From an uncultured Enterobacteriaceae bacterium (lineage in GTDB: Bacteria; Pseudomonadota; Gammaproteobacteria; Burkholderiales; SG8-39): a DNA stretch of 64,000 nucleotides. The position numbers and the translations under genes were made by a program. Within the stretch, counting starts at the first letter, position 1. The number at the start of each line of letters is the position of its first letter. This document shows positions 9,724 to 19,937 of this stretch, in pieces. The stretch lies in assembly GCA_964601155.1 (NCBI GenBank), contig CAZRMO010000002.1, positions 25,685-89,684 of the forward strand, read 5' to 3'. Under the pieces are notes generated by a model. The model did no database searches, had not been told where the DNA came from, and was given only the letters and a program-made list of their open reading frames with translations.

Positions 9724-10668
9724 ATGTCTGTTTTCACTCCGGTTACGCCCGAGCAGTTATCCGTATGGCTGGAGAACTACTGCCTGGGCGCACTGCTGCA
9801 AATGCAGGGCATCGCCGCAGGCATCGAAAACACCAACTACTTTGTAACCACCACCGAGGGACGCTACGTGCTGACGCTGTTCGAGAAACTCACGCCGACG
9901 GAGCTGCCATTCTATCTCGGACTGATGGCCCACCTGGCGCAACATGGGACCCCCAGCCCGGCACCGGCGACCGACCGGTCGGGCCGCATGTTTTCCGAGC
10001 TGAACGGCAAGCCGGCGGCGCTGATGTCGCGGCTGCAGGGGGAAGCCGTCACCGCGCCCACGCCGGCGCACTGCACCGAAGTGGGCGCCACGCTCGCCGA
10101 GATACATCTGGCGGGCCGCTCTTACACGGGCAAGCTGGACAATCCGCGCGGGCTGCGCTGGTGGCGCGAAGCCGCCCCAAAGGTCAGCCCTTTTCTCGAC
10201 CCGGCGCGCGCCGCCTTGTTGCACGCCGAGATCGAGTTCCAGGCGCGACAACCCCATGAGGGCCTGCCGCGCGGTCCGATCCACGCGGACCTGTTCCGCG
10301 ACAACGTGCTGTTCGTGGGTGCCCGAATCGGCGGCGTCATCGATTTTTACTTTGCCGGCGTCGATTGCCTGCTGTTCGACGTGGCGGTAACGCTCAACGA
10401 CTGGTGCGTGCGTAGCGCTGGAGAGATCGACGCGCCGCGGGCACATGCGCTGCTTACCGCTTATCATGCGCACAGGCCGTTTGCGGCGGCCGAGCGCGAC
10501 GCCTGGCCGGCCATGTTGCGCGCCGCGGCGCTGCGGTTCTGGCTGTCGCGCCTGTATGATTTCTATCTGCCGCGCCCGGGCGAAATGGTGCACGCGCACG
10601 ACCCCGAGCACTTCCGCCGCATTCTCGAGCTGCGCATCGCCCAAGGCGGCGAAGCGCCGTGGATCTGA
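9724..10668 (+). CDS. thrB: Homoserine kinase (APH-fold ThrB type)
   Basis: GIENTNYFV and HADLFRDNVLF motifs of the phosphotransferase-fold homoserine kinases. Its position after polA is typical. Confidence 0.88.
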   Translation: MSVFTPVTPEQLSVWLENYCLGALLQMQGIAAGIENTNYFVTTTEGRYVLTLFEKLTPTELPFYLGLMAHLAQHGTPSPAPATDRSGRMFSELNGKPAALMSRLQGEAVTAPTPAHCTEVGATLAEIHLAGRSYTGKLDNPRGLRWWREAAPKVSPFLDPARAALLHAEIEFQARQPHEGLPRGPIHADLFRDNVLFVGARIGGVIDFYFAGVDCLLFDVAVTLNDWCVRSAGEIDAPRAHALLTAYHAHRPFAAAERDAWPAMLRAAALRFWLSRLYDFYLPRPGEMVHAHDPEHFRRILELRIAQGGEAPWI

Positions 10669-10693
10669 TGCCCCAAACGCAGCTCATCGAAAC

Positions 10694-11500
10694 GTGAATA
10701 CCGTCCCCGCAATCTCCGGTTGGAATTGGGTGCGTACCGGCTTTGCGCTGTTTCGCAAGAGCCCAGCCATGTGGGCGTTCCTGACGCTGTCCTACATCAT
10801 GCTGATGCAGCTGTTGGGCATGATCCCGATATTGGGATGGTTCGCGGCAACTGTGCTGATTCCCGTTTTCTCGGCAAGTTTCATGATCGTGAGCCGTGAA
10901 CTCGATCAGGGCCGCAGGCTCCGCTTCGATTTGCTGTTCTCCGGATTCAAGGCGAATCTCCCCGCGTTGCTCGCGCAGGGCGGCTTCTACCTCGCCAGCG
11001 GGCTCGCGATCCTGGGCCTGTCCGCCCTGGTCGACGGCGGCACGCTGATGCAATTGATGGTGTTGGGGACGAAGCCACCGGAAGCCGCGTTCGAGGGCGG
11101 CCGCGTGGCCGCGGCGGCGCTGCTGGCGGCCGCTCTTTACTTGCCGGTGCTGGCTGCCCTCTGGTTCGCGCCCGCGCTGTCGGCGTGGCGCAAGCTGCCC
11201 GCCACGCAGGCGCTGTTCTACAGTTTTTTTGCCGCCCTGCGCAACTGGCAGGCATTCGTCGCCTACGGCCTCGCCCTGGTCATGCTGAGCGTGATCTGCA
11301 GCTTCGCGATGTTCGTGCTTACCCTGCTGCTTCACGGGCTGGTCGGCGACAAATCGCAAAATGCGTTCCTGCTGGTAATGCTGCCGGTCATGCTCACCTA
11401 TGTTCCCACGCTGTTCGCGAGCTTCTACGCCAGCTATCGCGACGTCTTCGGGGTTCCCGAGGCCGAGACCGAGACCGAGCCCGCCACGGACGCGCCGTGA
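10694..11500 (+). CDS. Integral membrane protein of unknown function (BPSS1780/DUF-type, tentative)
   Basis: In-frame GTG 10694 within ORF 10445..11500; the upstream part overlaps thrB. Several hydrophobic helices. The family name is from memory only. Confidence 0.6.
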   Translation: MNTVPAISGWNWVRTGFALFRKSPAMWAFLTLSYIMLMQLLGMIPILGWFAATVLIPVFSASFMIVSRELDQGRRLRFDLLFSGFKANLPALLAQGGFYLASGLAILGLSALVDGGTLMQLMVLGTKPPEAAFEGGRVAAAALLAAALYLPVLAALWFAPALSAWRKLPATQALFYSFFAALRNWQAFVAYGLALVMLSVICSFAMFVLTLLLHGLVGDKSQNAFLLVMLPVMLTYVPTLFASFYASYRDVFGVPEAETETEPATDAP

Positions 11501-11516
11501 CCGCACGGAGATACAG

Positions 11517-14500
11517 ATGACCGCCCGGCTGCGCGAGATTCCGTATAACTACACCTCGTTCTCCGACCGCGAGATCGTGCTGCGCCTGCTCGGCGAAAAG
11601 GCCTGGGACACGCTGCGCGAACTGCGCGCGGAGCGCAAGACCGGCCGCTCGGCACGCATGCTGTACGAAGTGCTGGGCGATATCTGGGTGGTGTCGCGCA
11701 ATCCCTACCTGCAGGACGACTTGCAGGACAACCCCGGCCGGCGCGCGGCGCTGATCGAGGCCATGCGCCACCGTCTCGAGGAAATCGAAAGACGCCGCGT
11801 GCAGTCCCTCGCCGAGACACCCGCCAACGGCGAGGCCGAAGCGCAACAGGCGGCGCGCGCGCAACGGGTGGCGTCTCTGTTGGAGAGCGCGCGCGACGCG
11901 GTCGACGCTTTCGACGCCGCCTTCGCCGAGATGGCAGCGCTGCGGCGACTCGCGCTGAAAAAACTCAGCCGCAGCACGCGCCGCGACAACATCCAGTTCG
12001 ACGGCCTGGCGCGCGTCTCCCATGTCACCGACGCCACCGACTGGCGCGTCGAATATCCCTTCGTCGTCATCCATCCGGACAGCGAAAACGAGGTGGCCGC
12101 AGTGGTGCGCGACTGCATCGACATCGGGCTCACCATCATCGCGCGCGGCGGCGGCACCGGCTACACCGGCGGCGCGGTGCCGCTCACGCGCCTCGCGGCG
12201 GTGATCAATACGGAGAAGCTCGAAGCGCTGGGCGAGGTCGAGGAGAGCTGGCTGCCGGGCGTGGCGCAGCCGGTCGCGACCATACGCTGCGGCGCGGGCG
12301 TGGTGACCAAGCGCGTGATGGAGGCGGCGGAGGCGGCCGGCCAGGTGTTCGCCGTCGACCCGACCTCGGCCGACGCCTCCTGCATCGGCGGCAACGTCGC
12401 CATGAATGCCGGCGGCAAGAAAGCGGTGCTATGGGGCACCGCCCTGGACAACCTCGTCTCCTGGCGCATGGTGGACGCGAATGGCTTTTTCCTCGAGGTC
12501 ACACGGCTTGCGCACAACCTGGGTAAGATCCACGACGCCGCGCTGGCGCGCTTCCAGATTCAGCGCTACCGCCGCGACGGCAGCACCCCGCACGGCGAGC
12601 CCGAAATACTGGAAATCCCGGGCGCACGCTTTCGCAAGACCGGCCTGGGCAAGGACGTCACCGACAAGTTCCTCGCCGGGCTGCCGGGCATCCAGAAGGA
12701 AGGCTGCGACGGTATCATCACCTCGGCGCGTTTCATTCTGCACAAAATGCCTGCGTCCACTCGCACCGTGTGCCTGGAATTCTTCGGCCAGGTGCGCGAC
12801 TCGGTGCCGGCCATAGTCGAGGTCAAGCAGTACCTCGACGAGCGCGCCCGGGCGGCGGCACCCGACGCGCGACCGGTGCTGCTCGCCGGCTTGGAGCACA
12901 TGGACGAGCGCTATTTGAAGGCCGTCGGCTATGCGACCAAGGCCAAGCGCGCAGGACGCCCAAAAATGGTGTTGATCGGGGACATCGTCGGCGAGGACGA
13001 AGACGCGGTGGCGGCGGCCGCGTCGCAGGTGGTGCGCATCGCCAACGCCCGCGGCGGCGAAGGCTTCATCGCCGTTTCGGCCGAGGCGCGGCGCACGTTC
13101 TGGCTCGATCGCGCCCGCACCGCAGCCATCGCCAAGCACACCAATGCCTTCAAGATCAACGAAGACGTGGTTATTCCGCTGGAGCGTCTGGGCGACTACT
13201 CCGACGGCATCGAACGCATCAATGTCGAACTGTCGATCACCAACAAGCTGGCCCTGCTGGACGCGCTGGACGAGTACTTCCAGGGCGAGCTGCCGCTTAC
13301 CCAGCACGGCGAAGCGCTGCCCTCGCCGGAGCTTCTCGGGGACCGGCGCGAGGCCGCGCGCGAGCTCGTCGCCAGGACGCGTACACGCTGGCGCTATTTG
13401 CTCGATCACCTCGACCTGCCGGTGGCGCAGGCAAGCGCCGCTGCGATCCCCGGCCTTGCCGCCGTGACCCATGCGGGGCTGAGCGTATTCTCGCTGCTGC
13501 AGGACCACAGTGTGCGCGTTTCCTGGAAGGACGAAGTGCGTGCCGAGTTGCAGCAGCTGTTCGACGGCTTGGTATTCAACCGCATCCTCGAGGGCTGCTA
13601 CGCGATTCACCGGCGCGTGCTCAAGGGGCGCGTGTTCGTGGCGCTGCACATGCACGCCGGCGACGGCAACGTGCACACCAACATACCGGTCAACTCCGAC
13701 AATTACGATATGCTGCAGCAGGCGAACGCTGCGGTGGCGCGCATCATGCGCCTGGCCAAATCCCTGGACGGGGTGATCTCGGGCGAACACGGCATCGGCA
13801 TCACCAAGCTCGAGTACCTCGATGCGCATGAAATCGAGGCTTTCCGCAGCTACAAAGAGAAGGCCGATCCGCACGGCCGTTTCAATGCCGGCAAGCTGCT
13901 CGCGGGCGGTGATCTCAGAAACGCCTACACGCCCAGCTTCAACCTGATCGGCGCCGAGTCGCTGATAATGGAACAGTCGGAAACGGGCAGCATCGCCGAT
14001 TCGATCAAGGATTGCCTGCGCTGCGGCAAGTGCAAGCCGGTGTGCTCGACCCATGTGCCGCGCGCCAACCTGCTCTACAGCCCGAGGAACAAAATCCTCG
14101 CTACCTCGCTGCTGATCGAAGCCTTTCTCTACGAAGAACAGACCAGACGCGGCATTTCGCTCAGGCATTTCGACGAGTTCAGCGACGTCGCCGATCACTG
14201 TACCGTGTGCCACAAATGCGCCAACCCCTGTCCTGTGGATATCGATTTCGGCGACGTCTCGATCGCGATGCGCAACATGCTGCGCAAGCAGGGGAAGAAA
14301 AAGTTCAACCCCGGCACTGCCGCGTCGATGCTGTTCCTCAACGCCACCAACCCGAACACCATCAAAATCGCGCGCGCCGTGATGATCGAATGGGGCTACC
14401 GGGCGCAGAAACTCGCCTACCGCGCCGCGAAACTACTGGGGCTGGCACAGCGCCAGACGCGGCGGCCGCCGGCGACCGTCGGGCGGCCCGCTCTGCGCGC

Positions 14501-15440
14501 GCAGGTGGTGCATTTCATCAACAAGCCCATGCCGGGCAAGCTGCCCAAGCGCACCGCGCGCGCACTGCTCGAGCTCGAAGACCGGCACATCGTGCCCATC
14601 ATCCGCGACCCAGCCAAGGTCACCGAGGACTCCGACGCGGTTTTCTACTTTCCCGGCTGCGGCTCCGAGCGGCTGTTCAGCCAGGTGGGGCTGGCGACGC
14701 AGGCGATGCTATACGCCATCGGCGCGCAGTGCGTGCTGCCGCCGGGCTATCTGTGCTGCGGCTATCCCCAAACCGCCGCCGGCGAGGAGGAGGAAGGCAG
14801 GCGCATCATCACCGACAACCGGGTGCTGTTTCACCGCGTGGCGAACACCCTCAACTATCTCGACATCAAGACTGTGATCGTTTCCTGCGGCACTTGCATG
14901 GACCAGCTGCAGAAATACGAATTCGAAAAGATCTTCCCCGGTTGCCGCCTGCTCGATATCCACGAATACCTGATGGAGCAGGGGGTGAAGCTCGATGGCG
15001 TCGCCGGCGTGCGCTACATGTATCACGATCCCTGCCACACGCCGATGAAGACCTACCAGCCGCTCAAGGTCGTCAACCAGCTGATGGGCAGCGAGGTGCA
15101 GTTGAACGAGCGCTGCTGCGGCGAGTCGGGCACGCTCGCGATGACCCGGCCTGACATTTCCACCCAGGTGCGATTTCGCAAGGAGGAGGAAATGAGGAAA
15201 GGCGCGGCGGCTGTGCGCGCAAGAAACGGCGGCGACGCCGACGGCGAATTCCGCGGCGAGGTAAAGATCCTCACTTCCTGCCCTTCCTGCCTGCAGGGTC
15301 TGGCCCGCTACAAGGACGATGCCGGTACCGACGCCGACTACATTGTGGTGGAAATCGCCAAACACGTGCTCGGTCCGGACTGGATGTCCGAGTACGTGGC
15401 TAAGGCGAACCATGGCGGGATCGAGCGCGTACTGCTCTAA
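11517..15440 (+). CDS. DUF3683 / FAD-binding (GlcD-like) / 4Fe-4S plus CCG-domain (GlcF-like) fusion oxidoreductase
   Basis: ATG 11517 ([21 protein letters not shown]). FAD motif [14 protein letters not shown]. Ferredoxin clusters [11 protein letters not shown] and [12 protein letters not shown]. Two Cys-rich CCG-type motifs, YFPGCGSE and YHDPCHTP. Confidence 0.85.
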   Translation: MTARLREIPYNYTSFSDREIVLRLLGEKAWDTLRELRAERKTGRSARMLYEVLGDIWVVSRNPYLQDDLQDNPGRRAALIEAMRHRLEEIERRRVQSLAETPANGEAEAQQAARAQRVASLLESARDAVDAFDAAFAEMAALRRLALKKLSRSTRRDNIQFDGLARVSHVTDATDWRVEYPFVVIHPDSENEVAAVVRDCIDIGLTIIARGGGTGYTGGAVPLTRLAAVINTEKLEALGEVEESWLPGVAQPVATIRCGAGVVTKRVMEAAEAAGQVFAVDPTSADASCIGGNVAMNAGGKKAVLWGTALDNLVSWRMVDANGFFLEVTRLAHNLGKIHDAALARFQIQRYRRDGSTPHGEPEILEIPGARFRKTGLGKDVTDKFLAGLPGIQKEGCDGIITSARFILHKMPASTRTVCLEFFGQVRDSVPAIVEVKQYLDERARAAAPDARPVLLAGLEHMDERYLKAVGYATKAKRAGRPKMVLIGDIVGEDEDAVAAAASQVVRIANARGGEGFIAVSAEARRTFWLDRARTAAIAKHTNAFKINEDVVIPLERLGDYSDGIERINVELSITNKLALLDALDEYFQGELPLTQHGEALPSPELLGDRREAARELVARTRTRWRYLLDHLDLPVAQASAAAIPGLAAVTHAGLSVFSLLQDHSVRVSWKDEVRAELQQLFDGLVFNRILEGCYAIHRRVLKGRVFVALHMHAGDGNVHTNIPVNSDNYDMLQQANAAVARIMRLAKSLDGVISGEHGIGITKLEYLDAHEIEAFRSYKEKADPHGRFNAGKLLAGGDLRNAYTPSFNLIGAESLIMEQSETGSIADSIKDCLRCGKCKPVCSTHVPRANLLYSPRNKILATSLLIEAFLYEEQTRRGISLRHFDEFSDVADHCTVCHKCANPCPVDIDFGDVSIAMRNMLRKQGKKKFNPGTAASMLFLNATNPNTIKIARAVMIEWGYRAQKLAYRAAKLLGLAQRQTRRPPATVGRPALRAQVVHFINKPMPGKLPKRTARALLELEDRHIVPIIRDPAKVTEDSDAVFYFPGCGSERLFSQVGLATQAMLYAIGAQCVLPPGYLCCGYPQTAAGEEEEGRRIITDNRVLFHRVANTLNYLDIKTVIVSCGTCMDQLQKYEFEKIFPGCRLLDIHEYLMEQGVKLDGVAGVRYMYHDPCHTPMKTYQPLKVVNQLMGSEVQLNERCCGESGTLAMTRPDISTQVRFRKEEEMRKGAAAVRARNGGDADGEFRGEVKILTSCPSCLQGLARYKDDAGTDADYIVVEIAKHVLGPDWMSEYVAKANHGGIERVLL

Positions 15441-15484
15441 GCCGTGAATAATCTCACATTCGGCGCCAAGGACCTCGGCTCGAC

Positions 15485-15916
15485 GTGAACAAATTAATGG
15501 CAGCCAACTGTGAATTGTGCGATTCTGCCGGAGGCGAGACGCTATGGCAGGACCAACTGTGCCGCGTCGTCCTGGTAGAAGACCGTGACTATGCCGGATT
15601 CTGCCGCGTAATACTAAACCGCCACGTGAGCGAAATGACCGATCTCGATGCGGCAACCAGGCAAAGACTGATGTGCGTGGTGTTTGCGGCCGAGCAGGCT
15701 TTGCGCGAGTTGATGCAGCCGGCGAAAATCAACCTGGCGAGCCTGGGCAACAGGGTGGCGCATCTGCATTGGCATGTAATCGCGCGCTTTGCCGACGACA
15801 GGCATTTTCCCGACTCCATCTGGAGCGAGGCAAGGCGGCCCGGCGCTGCGCGCCGGGTCGACCCCGCCGCCCTGAAACGTGCCTTGCACAAATTGCTGCC
15901 CGCGGTGGCAAAATGA
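15485..15916 (+). CDS. HIT family hydrolase
   Basis: Histidine triad HLHWHVI. The start is ambiguous between GTG 15485 and ATG 15497. Confidence 0.8.
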   Translation: MNKLMAANCELCDSAGGETLWQDQLCRVVLVEDRDYAGFCRVILNRHVSEMTDLDAATRQRLMCVVFAAEQALRELMQPAKINLASLGNRVAHLHWHVIARFADDRHFPDSIWSEARRPGAARRVDPAALKRALHKLLPAVAK

Positions 15917-15932
15917 GCGGGATGCCGGCCCA

Positions 15933-17549
15933 ATGACGCCCATGCCCGAATTCGAGCTGCCTCCAATCTCCCCCGACGCGCACCCCGAGTTCGCCGACAG
16001 CGTCTCCTGCGCCGCGTGGCTTGCCGAGTTGCCGCTGGTCAACGTCGCGCCGTCGCAAATCCGGCTGCTGGCTCAGCTGCAGGAACTGAACCGCTTCGAC
16101 TTGCCTGCCGCCGAGCGGCTGAAGGTGCTGGAAGCGTTGCGCGAGCCGGTCTATTTCCTGCAGGCGGAGCAGATCAAAAAGCTGGCCAGCAAACCGCTAC
16201 CGCTGACCCAGGTGGAACGCAGTATTTTCGGCCAGGTGGCAAAGCTGTGGCAGGAACTGCTGATTGGCTATCAGCGCTGCCTGGCCAGCGGGGCGGCGGA
16301 CAAGCGCGAAAGCCAGACTGCGCTGCTGTGCCAGCGCGGGCTGGACTGCTTGGCGTCGAACATGCTCGACCACTGCCGCGTCTATCACGCCCTCCCCGAT
16401 GGCTACTGGCTGGCCCTGCACCAGCTCTACCGCAAGGCTCAAGAATCGGGCGAGAGCGCCACGCAGGTCCCGGATCCGGTCAGAAAGACGAATGTCTGCT
16501 GCATCGAAGTGTACGTGCATGTACTGTTGTTCATGCTGGCAGACCCCAATGAGCAGCTGCAAAAGCAGCTCGCGCAAATTCAGCGCTGGCTCGAACGCTG
16601 GGCCCAGAGTGTTCCCGTACGCAATGCGCCGCCACAGGACCAGAGCCTGCCGCCGCTGCTGCTGGATTTTTCCGCCGCTACGGGCGCTTATCGTGAAGCC
16701 GACGCCGGCGGCCGCAGCGCCTCGGCCTGGCTCGATATCGGCGAGCTTGCGCGCATCCTGAAGAAGCGCGTGGTGCTGCTGCGCAAAGGCGAGCCGCCCG
16801 CCAGCCTGGGACTGGGCGAGGATTGTGCCATGCCCGGCGTGGAACAAATGTTGGTGCGACTATTCCGCCTCTGGTGCGAGGGCAAAAACGCGCGCGCGCA
16901 AACACGCCGCAGCGTCAGCGCAAAGGCCAAGGCATGCAGCACGCTCGTTTCCATGCACTTCCATATTTCGGGCAACAAGACGTTTCGCCAACCCGGACAT
17001 GCGACCCAACTAACCAGGCGCGAACGCGACGAAATCGCCACCTTCGGTCACACCAGCACGCGACTGGAGGATGCATTTGTCGAGGCCGGCGGCTATGCGA
17101 CCGAGGACTGGCAGCTGCAGGAGGAGAGTCTGTCGGGCCTGCGCATCGTGCGCCCGGTTGCTTCCGGCAGCGCCCGCTATACACACGCCCAGCTCATCGC
17201 GGTGCGGCCGGCAGACGCCAATAATTTTCTGCTGGGGGTAGTACGCTGGATCAAGACCGACGATAACGGCGATGTCCAAATCGGAGTTCGCGTCATTCCG
17301 GGGATACCGCGAGCTGTTGCCGTGCGGGCCACCGGGCTCAACGCGCAGAAAGAAAAGTTCGTACCCGCGCTTTATTGCCCCGCTCTGGCCGCGCTGTCCG
17401 CGCCAGCCTCGCTGATTCTGCCCCTGGGCTGGTACCGGCCCAAGCGCATACTGGAAGTCTACAGCGACAGTTCCGAGTTGCTGCTGCTCAGCGCCGTGCT
17501 CGAGCGCGGCAGCGATTTCGAGCGTGTCGCGATCGAGCCTGCGCGCTAG
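15933..17549 (+). CDS. Hypothetical 538-aa protein with possible C-terminal PilZ-like region
   Basis: ATG 15933 (MTPMPEFELPP...). No motif recognised in the N-terminal ~350 aa. The C-terminal part has RAQTRR (RxxxR) and EESLSGLRI (like D/NxSxxG), but with atypically long spacing. Confidence 0.6.
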   Translation: MTPMPEFELPPISPDAHPEFADSVSCAAWLAELPLVNVAPSQIRLLAQLQELNRFDLPAAERLKVLEALREPVYFLQAEQIKKLASKPLPLTQVERSIFGQVAKLWQELLIGYQRCLASGAADKRESQTALLCQRGLDCLASNMLDHCRVYHALPDGYWLALHQLYRKAQESGESATQVPDPVRKTNVCCIEVYVHVLLFMLADPNEQLQKQLAQIQRWLERWAQSVPVRNAPPQDQSLPPLLLDFSAATGAYREADAGGRSASAWLDIGELARILKKRVVLLRKGEPPASLGLGEDCAMPGVEQMLVRLFRLWCEGKNARAQTRRSVSAKAKACSTLVSMHFHISGNKTFRQPGHATQLTRRERDEIATFGHTSTRLEDAFVEAGGYATEDWQLQEESLSGLRIVRPVASGSARYTHAQLIAVRPADANNFLLGVVRWIKTDDNGDVQIGVRVIPGIPRAVAVRATGLNAQKEKFVPALYCPALAALSAPASLILPLGWYRPKRILEVYSDSSELLLLSAVLERGSDFERVAIEPAR

Positions 17550-17606
17550 CAGGGTGACCAAAAAAGGGGGTCGAGACCTTCGGGGCGTCTATTCCCCAAT
17601 TTTGGG

Positions 17607-17681
17607 CTGTCGAAATCCGCTTCCCTCTGAAGCATCTCGGTTGGATGCTTGAATTTGCGTCCGGGAAGCGAATTTCAACAG
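17607..17681. repeat. Long imperfect hairpin element between convergent genes; one arm repeated at 23-42
   Basis: Arms ctgtcgaaatccgcttccc (17607-17625) and gggaagcgaatttcaacag (17663-17681) pair at 17/19 positions. An inner 7-bp hairpin is aagcatc/gatgctt. The segment 17662-17681 is the exact reverse complement of 23-42. Confidence 0.6.
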
Positions 17682-17685
17682 CCTC

Positions 17686-19026
17686 CTAACTTGTATTTCC
17701 CGTCTGCGACGCCAGCGCCGCGGCGTCCGGGGTTTTAACGCGCCGCGCAGGAAACACCGCGGAAAAACAGCTGCCCTTGCCCGGCTCGCTCTCGATCTCC
17801 AGCGTCGCCTGATGCCGCGTCAGTATGTGCTTGACTATTGCCAGGCCGAGCCCGGTGCCGCCGGTTTCGCGCGAGCGGCTATGGTCGACACGGTAAAAGC
17901 GCTCGGTTAGGCGGGGAATATGGCGTGGCTCTATCCCCGGCCCGGTATCGCCGACACTGAACATCGCCTCTGCGCCGCGCCAACGCCAGCGCAGCCGGAT
18001 GTCGCCGCCCGCAGGCGTATAGTGCACCGCGTTGCTCACCAGGTTGCCGAATGCGCTGCGCAGCTCCTGCGCATTGGCGAGCAGCGCAACCGGCCCTTCG
18101 ATGCCGAGTTCGATGCGATGGCGGCCAGCGCTCAGGGCACGCGCTTCGTCGCACACGCCGGCGAGCAGCGCTGCGACATCGACTACCGCCTCGTCGTCCA
18201 GACCCCGGCTGGCCTCCAACGTCGAAAGCGTGAGCAAGTCTTCGACCAGCCGCTGCATGCGCCCGGTGTGTACCCGCATCATGTTCAGGTAACCCTGCCG
18301 GCGCTCCTCGTCCAGCTTCACTTCACCGTCGGTGATCGTCTCCAGGAATCCGGCCACTACGGTAAGCGGGCTTTTCAGTTCATGCGAGACATTGGCGACG
18401 AAATCGCGCCGCATGGTCTCGACTTTTTCGGCCATTGTGATGTCGCTCGCGAGCAGCAGTTTCTGCTCCTTGCCGTAGGGGATGATGGCGATCGACAGCA
18501 CCCGCCCCTGGCCTCGCTCCAGGCGCAGGGTGAGCGGTTCGGCGTAGTCGCCCTGTTCGAGATAGGCGGCGAAATCCGGGTGCCGCACCAGGTTGGCCAG
18601 CGGTCGTCCTACATCACGCTCCTCGTCCAGCCCCAAATACGCGCTCGCGATCGGGTTGCACCACTCGATATGGCCGTTAGTGTCCAGCAGCACCACGCCA
18701 TCGGGCAGTGCCAGCCCTGCATTGCGGAAGCGCTCCAAGTCGCCGCCGAGCTGTCTTTCGTATTTGATGCGGGCCCGCACGAAATGGTAAAGCCCGGCCA
18801 GCACCTCGTCCCAGGCGCCGCTGCCCTGCGGCACCGGCCTGACCAGGGGATCGTGCAGCCAGTCAGCCAACGCGGCCAGATTGGCAGTGTGGCTCAGTAA
18901 CAGCAGCGCGAGACCGAGGCATACGACGCCAAGCCCCCAAACCGGGTCCAGCAGCGCCCAGGTGAGGAGGCCGGCGGCCGACACCGCGACCAGCGCCAGA
19001 GCGCTGCGGATCCAGACGGAATTCAA
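17686..19026 (-). CDS. phoR: Phosphate regulon sensor histidine kinase
   Basis: Two N-terminal TM helices, a PAS region, HisKA box FVANVSHELKSPLT, and HATPase GTGLGLAIVKH. Directly downstream of phoB. Confidence 0.9.
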   Translation of the reverse strand: MNSVWIRSALALVAVSAAGLLTWALLDPVWGLGVVCLGLALLLLSHTANLAALADWLHDPLVRPVPQGSGAWDEVLAGLYHFVRARIKYERQLGGDLERFRNAGLALPDGVVLLDTNGHIEWCNPIASAYLGLDEERDVGRPLANLVRHPDFAAYLEQGDYAEPLTLRLERGQGRVLSIAIIPYGKEQKLLLASDITMAEKVETMRRDFVANVSHELKSPLTVVAGFLETITDGEVKLDEERRQGYLNMMRVHTGRMQRLVEDLLTLSTLEASRGLDDEAVVDVAALLAGVCDEARALSAGRHRIELGIEGPVALLANAQELRSAFGNLVSNAVHYTPAGGDIRLRWRWRGAEAMFSVGDTGPGIEPRHIPRLTERFYRVDHSRSRETGGTGLGLAIVKHILTRHQATLEIESEPGKGSCFSAVFPARRVKTPDAAALASQTGNTS

Positions 19027-19104
19027 TTGACGAAGGGTAGGCCGACTCTTTTCATGCCGCCAATTATCGCATGCCCGCCCCGCGCCCTTCGCAGGCTGGA
19101 CGGT

Positions 19105-19794
19105 TCAGGCCGTTAGTGCGAATCGATAGCCGGTTCCGCGCACGGTTTCGATCAGCGCATCATGGCCGCTCACCTCCAGCGCCTGGCGCAAACGACGGAT
19201 GTGCACATCCACGGTGCGCTCCTCGACGAACACATGATCGCCCCAGACCTGGTCGAGCAACTGCGCGCGGGTGTGCACGCGCTCCGCATGGGTCATGAAG
19301 AAATGCAACAGGCGGAATTCTGTCGGCCCCAGGTCCAGCACCAGGCCGTTGCCGCTGACCCGGTGCGCAGCCGGGTCGAGCCGAAGACCCTGGACCTCGA
19401 CCGCATCGTCGGTCATCTGCGGCGCGCGCCGGCGCAGCACCGCCTTGATGCGCGCCAGCAGTTCGCGCGGCGAGAATGGCTTGGTCACGTAGTCGTCGGC
19501 GCCAGCCTCCAGTCCCATGACCTTGTCCTGTTCGGCCGATTTGGCGGTGAGCATGATGATGGGAATGGCGCGCGTGCGCGCGCTGCCGCGCAAGTGCCGC
19601 GCGATCGTGAGGCCCGACTGCCCGGGCAGCATCCAGTCGAGCAGCACCAGATCGGGCAGGGTCTGACGTACGATGGCAAGCGCCGCCTCCGCGTCCGCAG
19701 CGCGCAAGGCATGGTGTCCTGCGCCTTCCAGGTTGACGGCAATCAATTCCTGGATGGCGGCTTCGTCCTCGACGATCAGAATATTGAGTGGCAT
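19105..19794 (-). CDS. phoB: Phosphate regulon response regulator (OmpR family)
   Basis: Receiver domain (LLDWMLPG) plus a winged-helix C-terminus (RGTGYRF). Paired with phoR. Confidence 0.92.
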   Translation of the reverse strand: MPLNILIVEDEAAIQELIAVNLEGAGHHALRAADAEAALAIVRQTLPDLVLLDWMLPGQSGLTIARHLRGSARTRAIPIIMLTAKSAEQDKVMGLEAGADDYVTKPFSPRELLARIKAVLRRRAPQMTDDAVEVQGLRLDPAAHRVSGNGLVLDLGPTEFRLLHFFMTHAERVHTRAQLLDQVWGDHVFVEERTVDVHIRRLRQALEVSGHDALIETVRGTGYRFALTA

Positions 19795-19825
19795 GATCTT
19801 GTGGGCGCAATAATATGTCCCTAGC

Positions 19826-19843
19826 GTGACATTTTGGTTACAG
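19826..19843 (-). promoter_or_regulatory. Candidate Pho box upstream of phoB
   Basis: The minus strand reads CTGTAAC-CAAA-ATGTCAC, against the E. coli consensus CTGTCAT-AWAW-CTGTCAY. A TATTAT hexamer follows 10 nt downstream. Confidence 0.5.
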
Positions 19844-19937
19844 CCGAAACGGTGCCGCTCGCGGTATCATAGATGCCTCTGTCCCCGGCCGCGGTGCGCG
19901 GCCCCGGTCCGGGGACCCATACTAGGCAGAAGCTGCG

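Noticed and set aside
19881-19916. A nested GC-rich hairpin gtccccgg-ccgcg-gtg-cgcgg-...-ccggggac upstream of ubiE.
   Set aside because: GC-rich palindromes arise easily at this base composition. There is no flanking signal tying it to a function.
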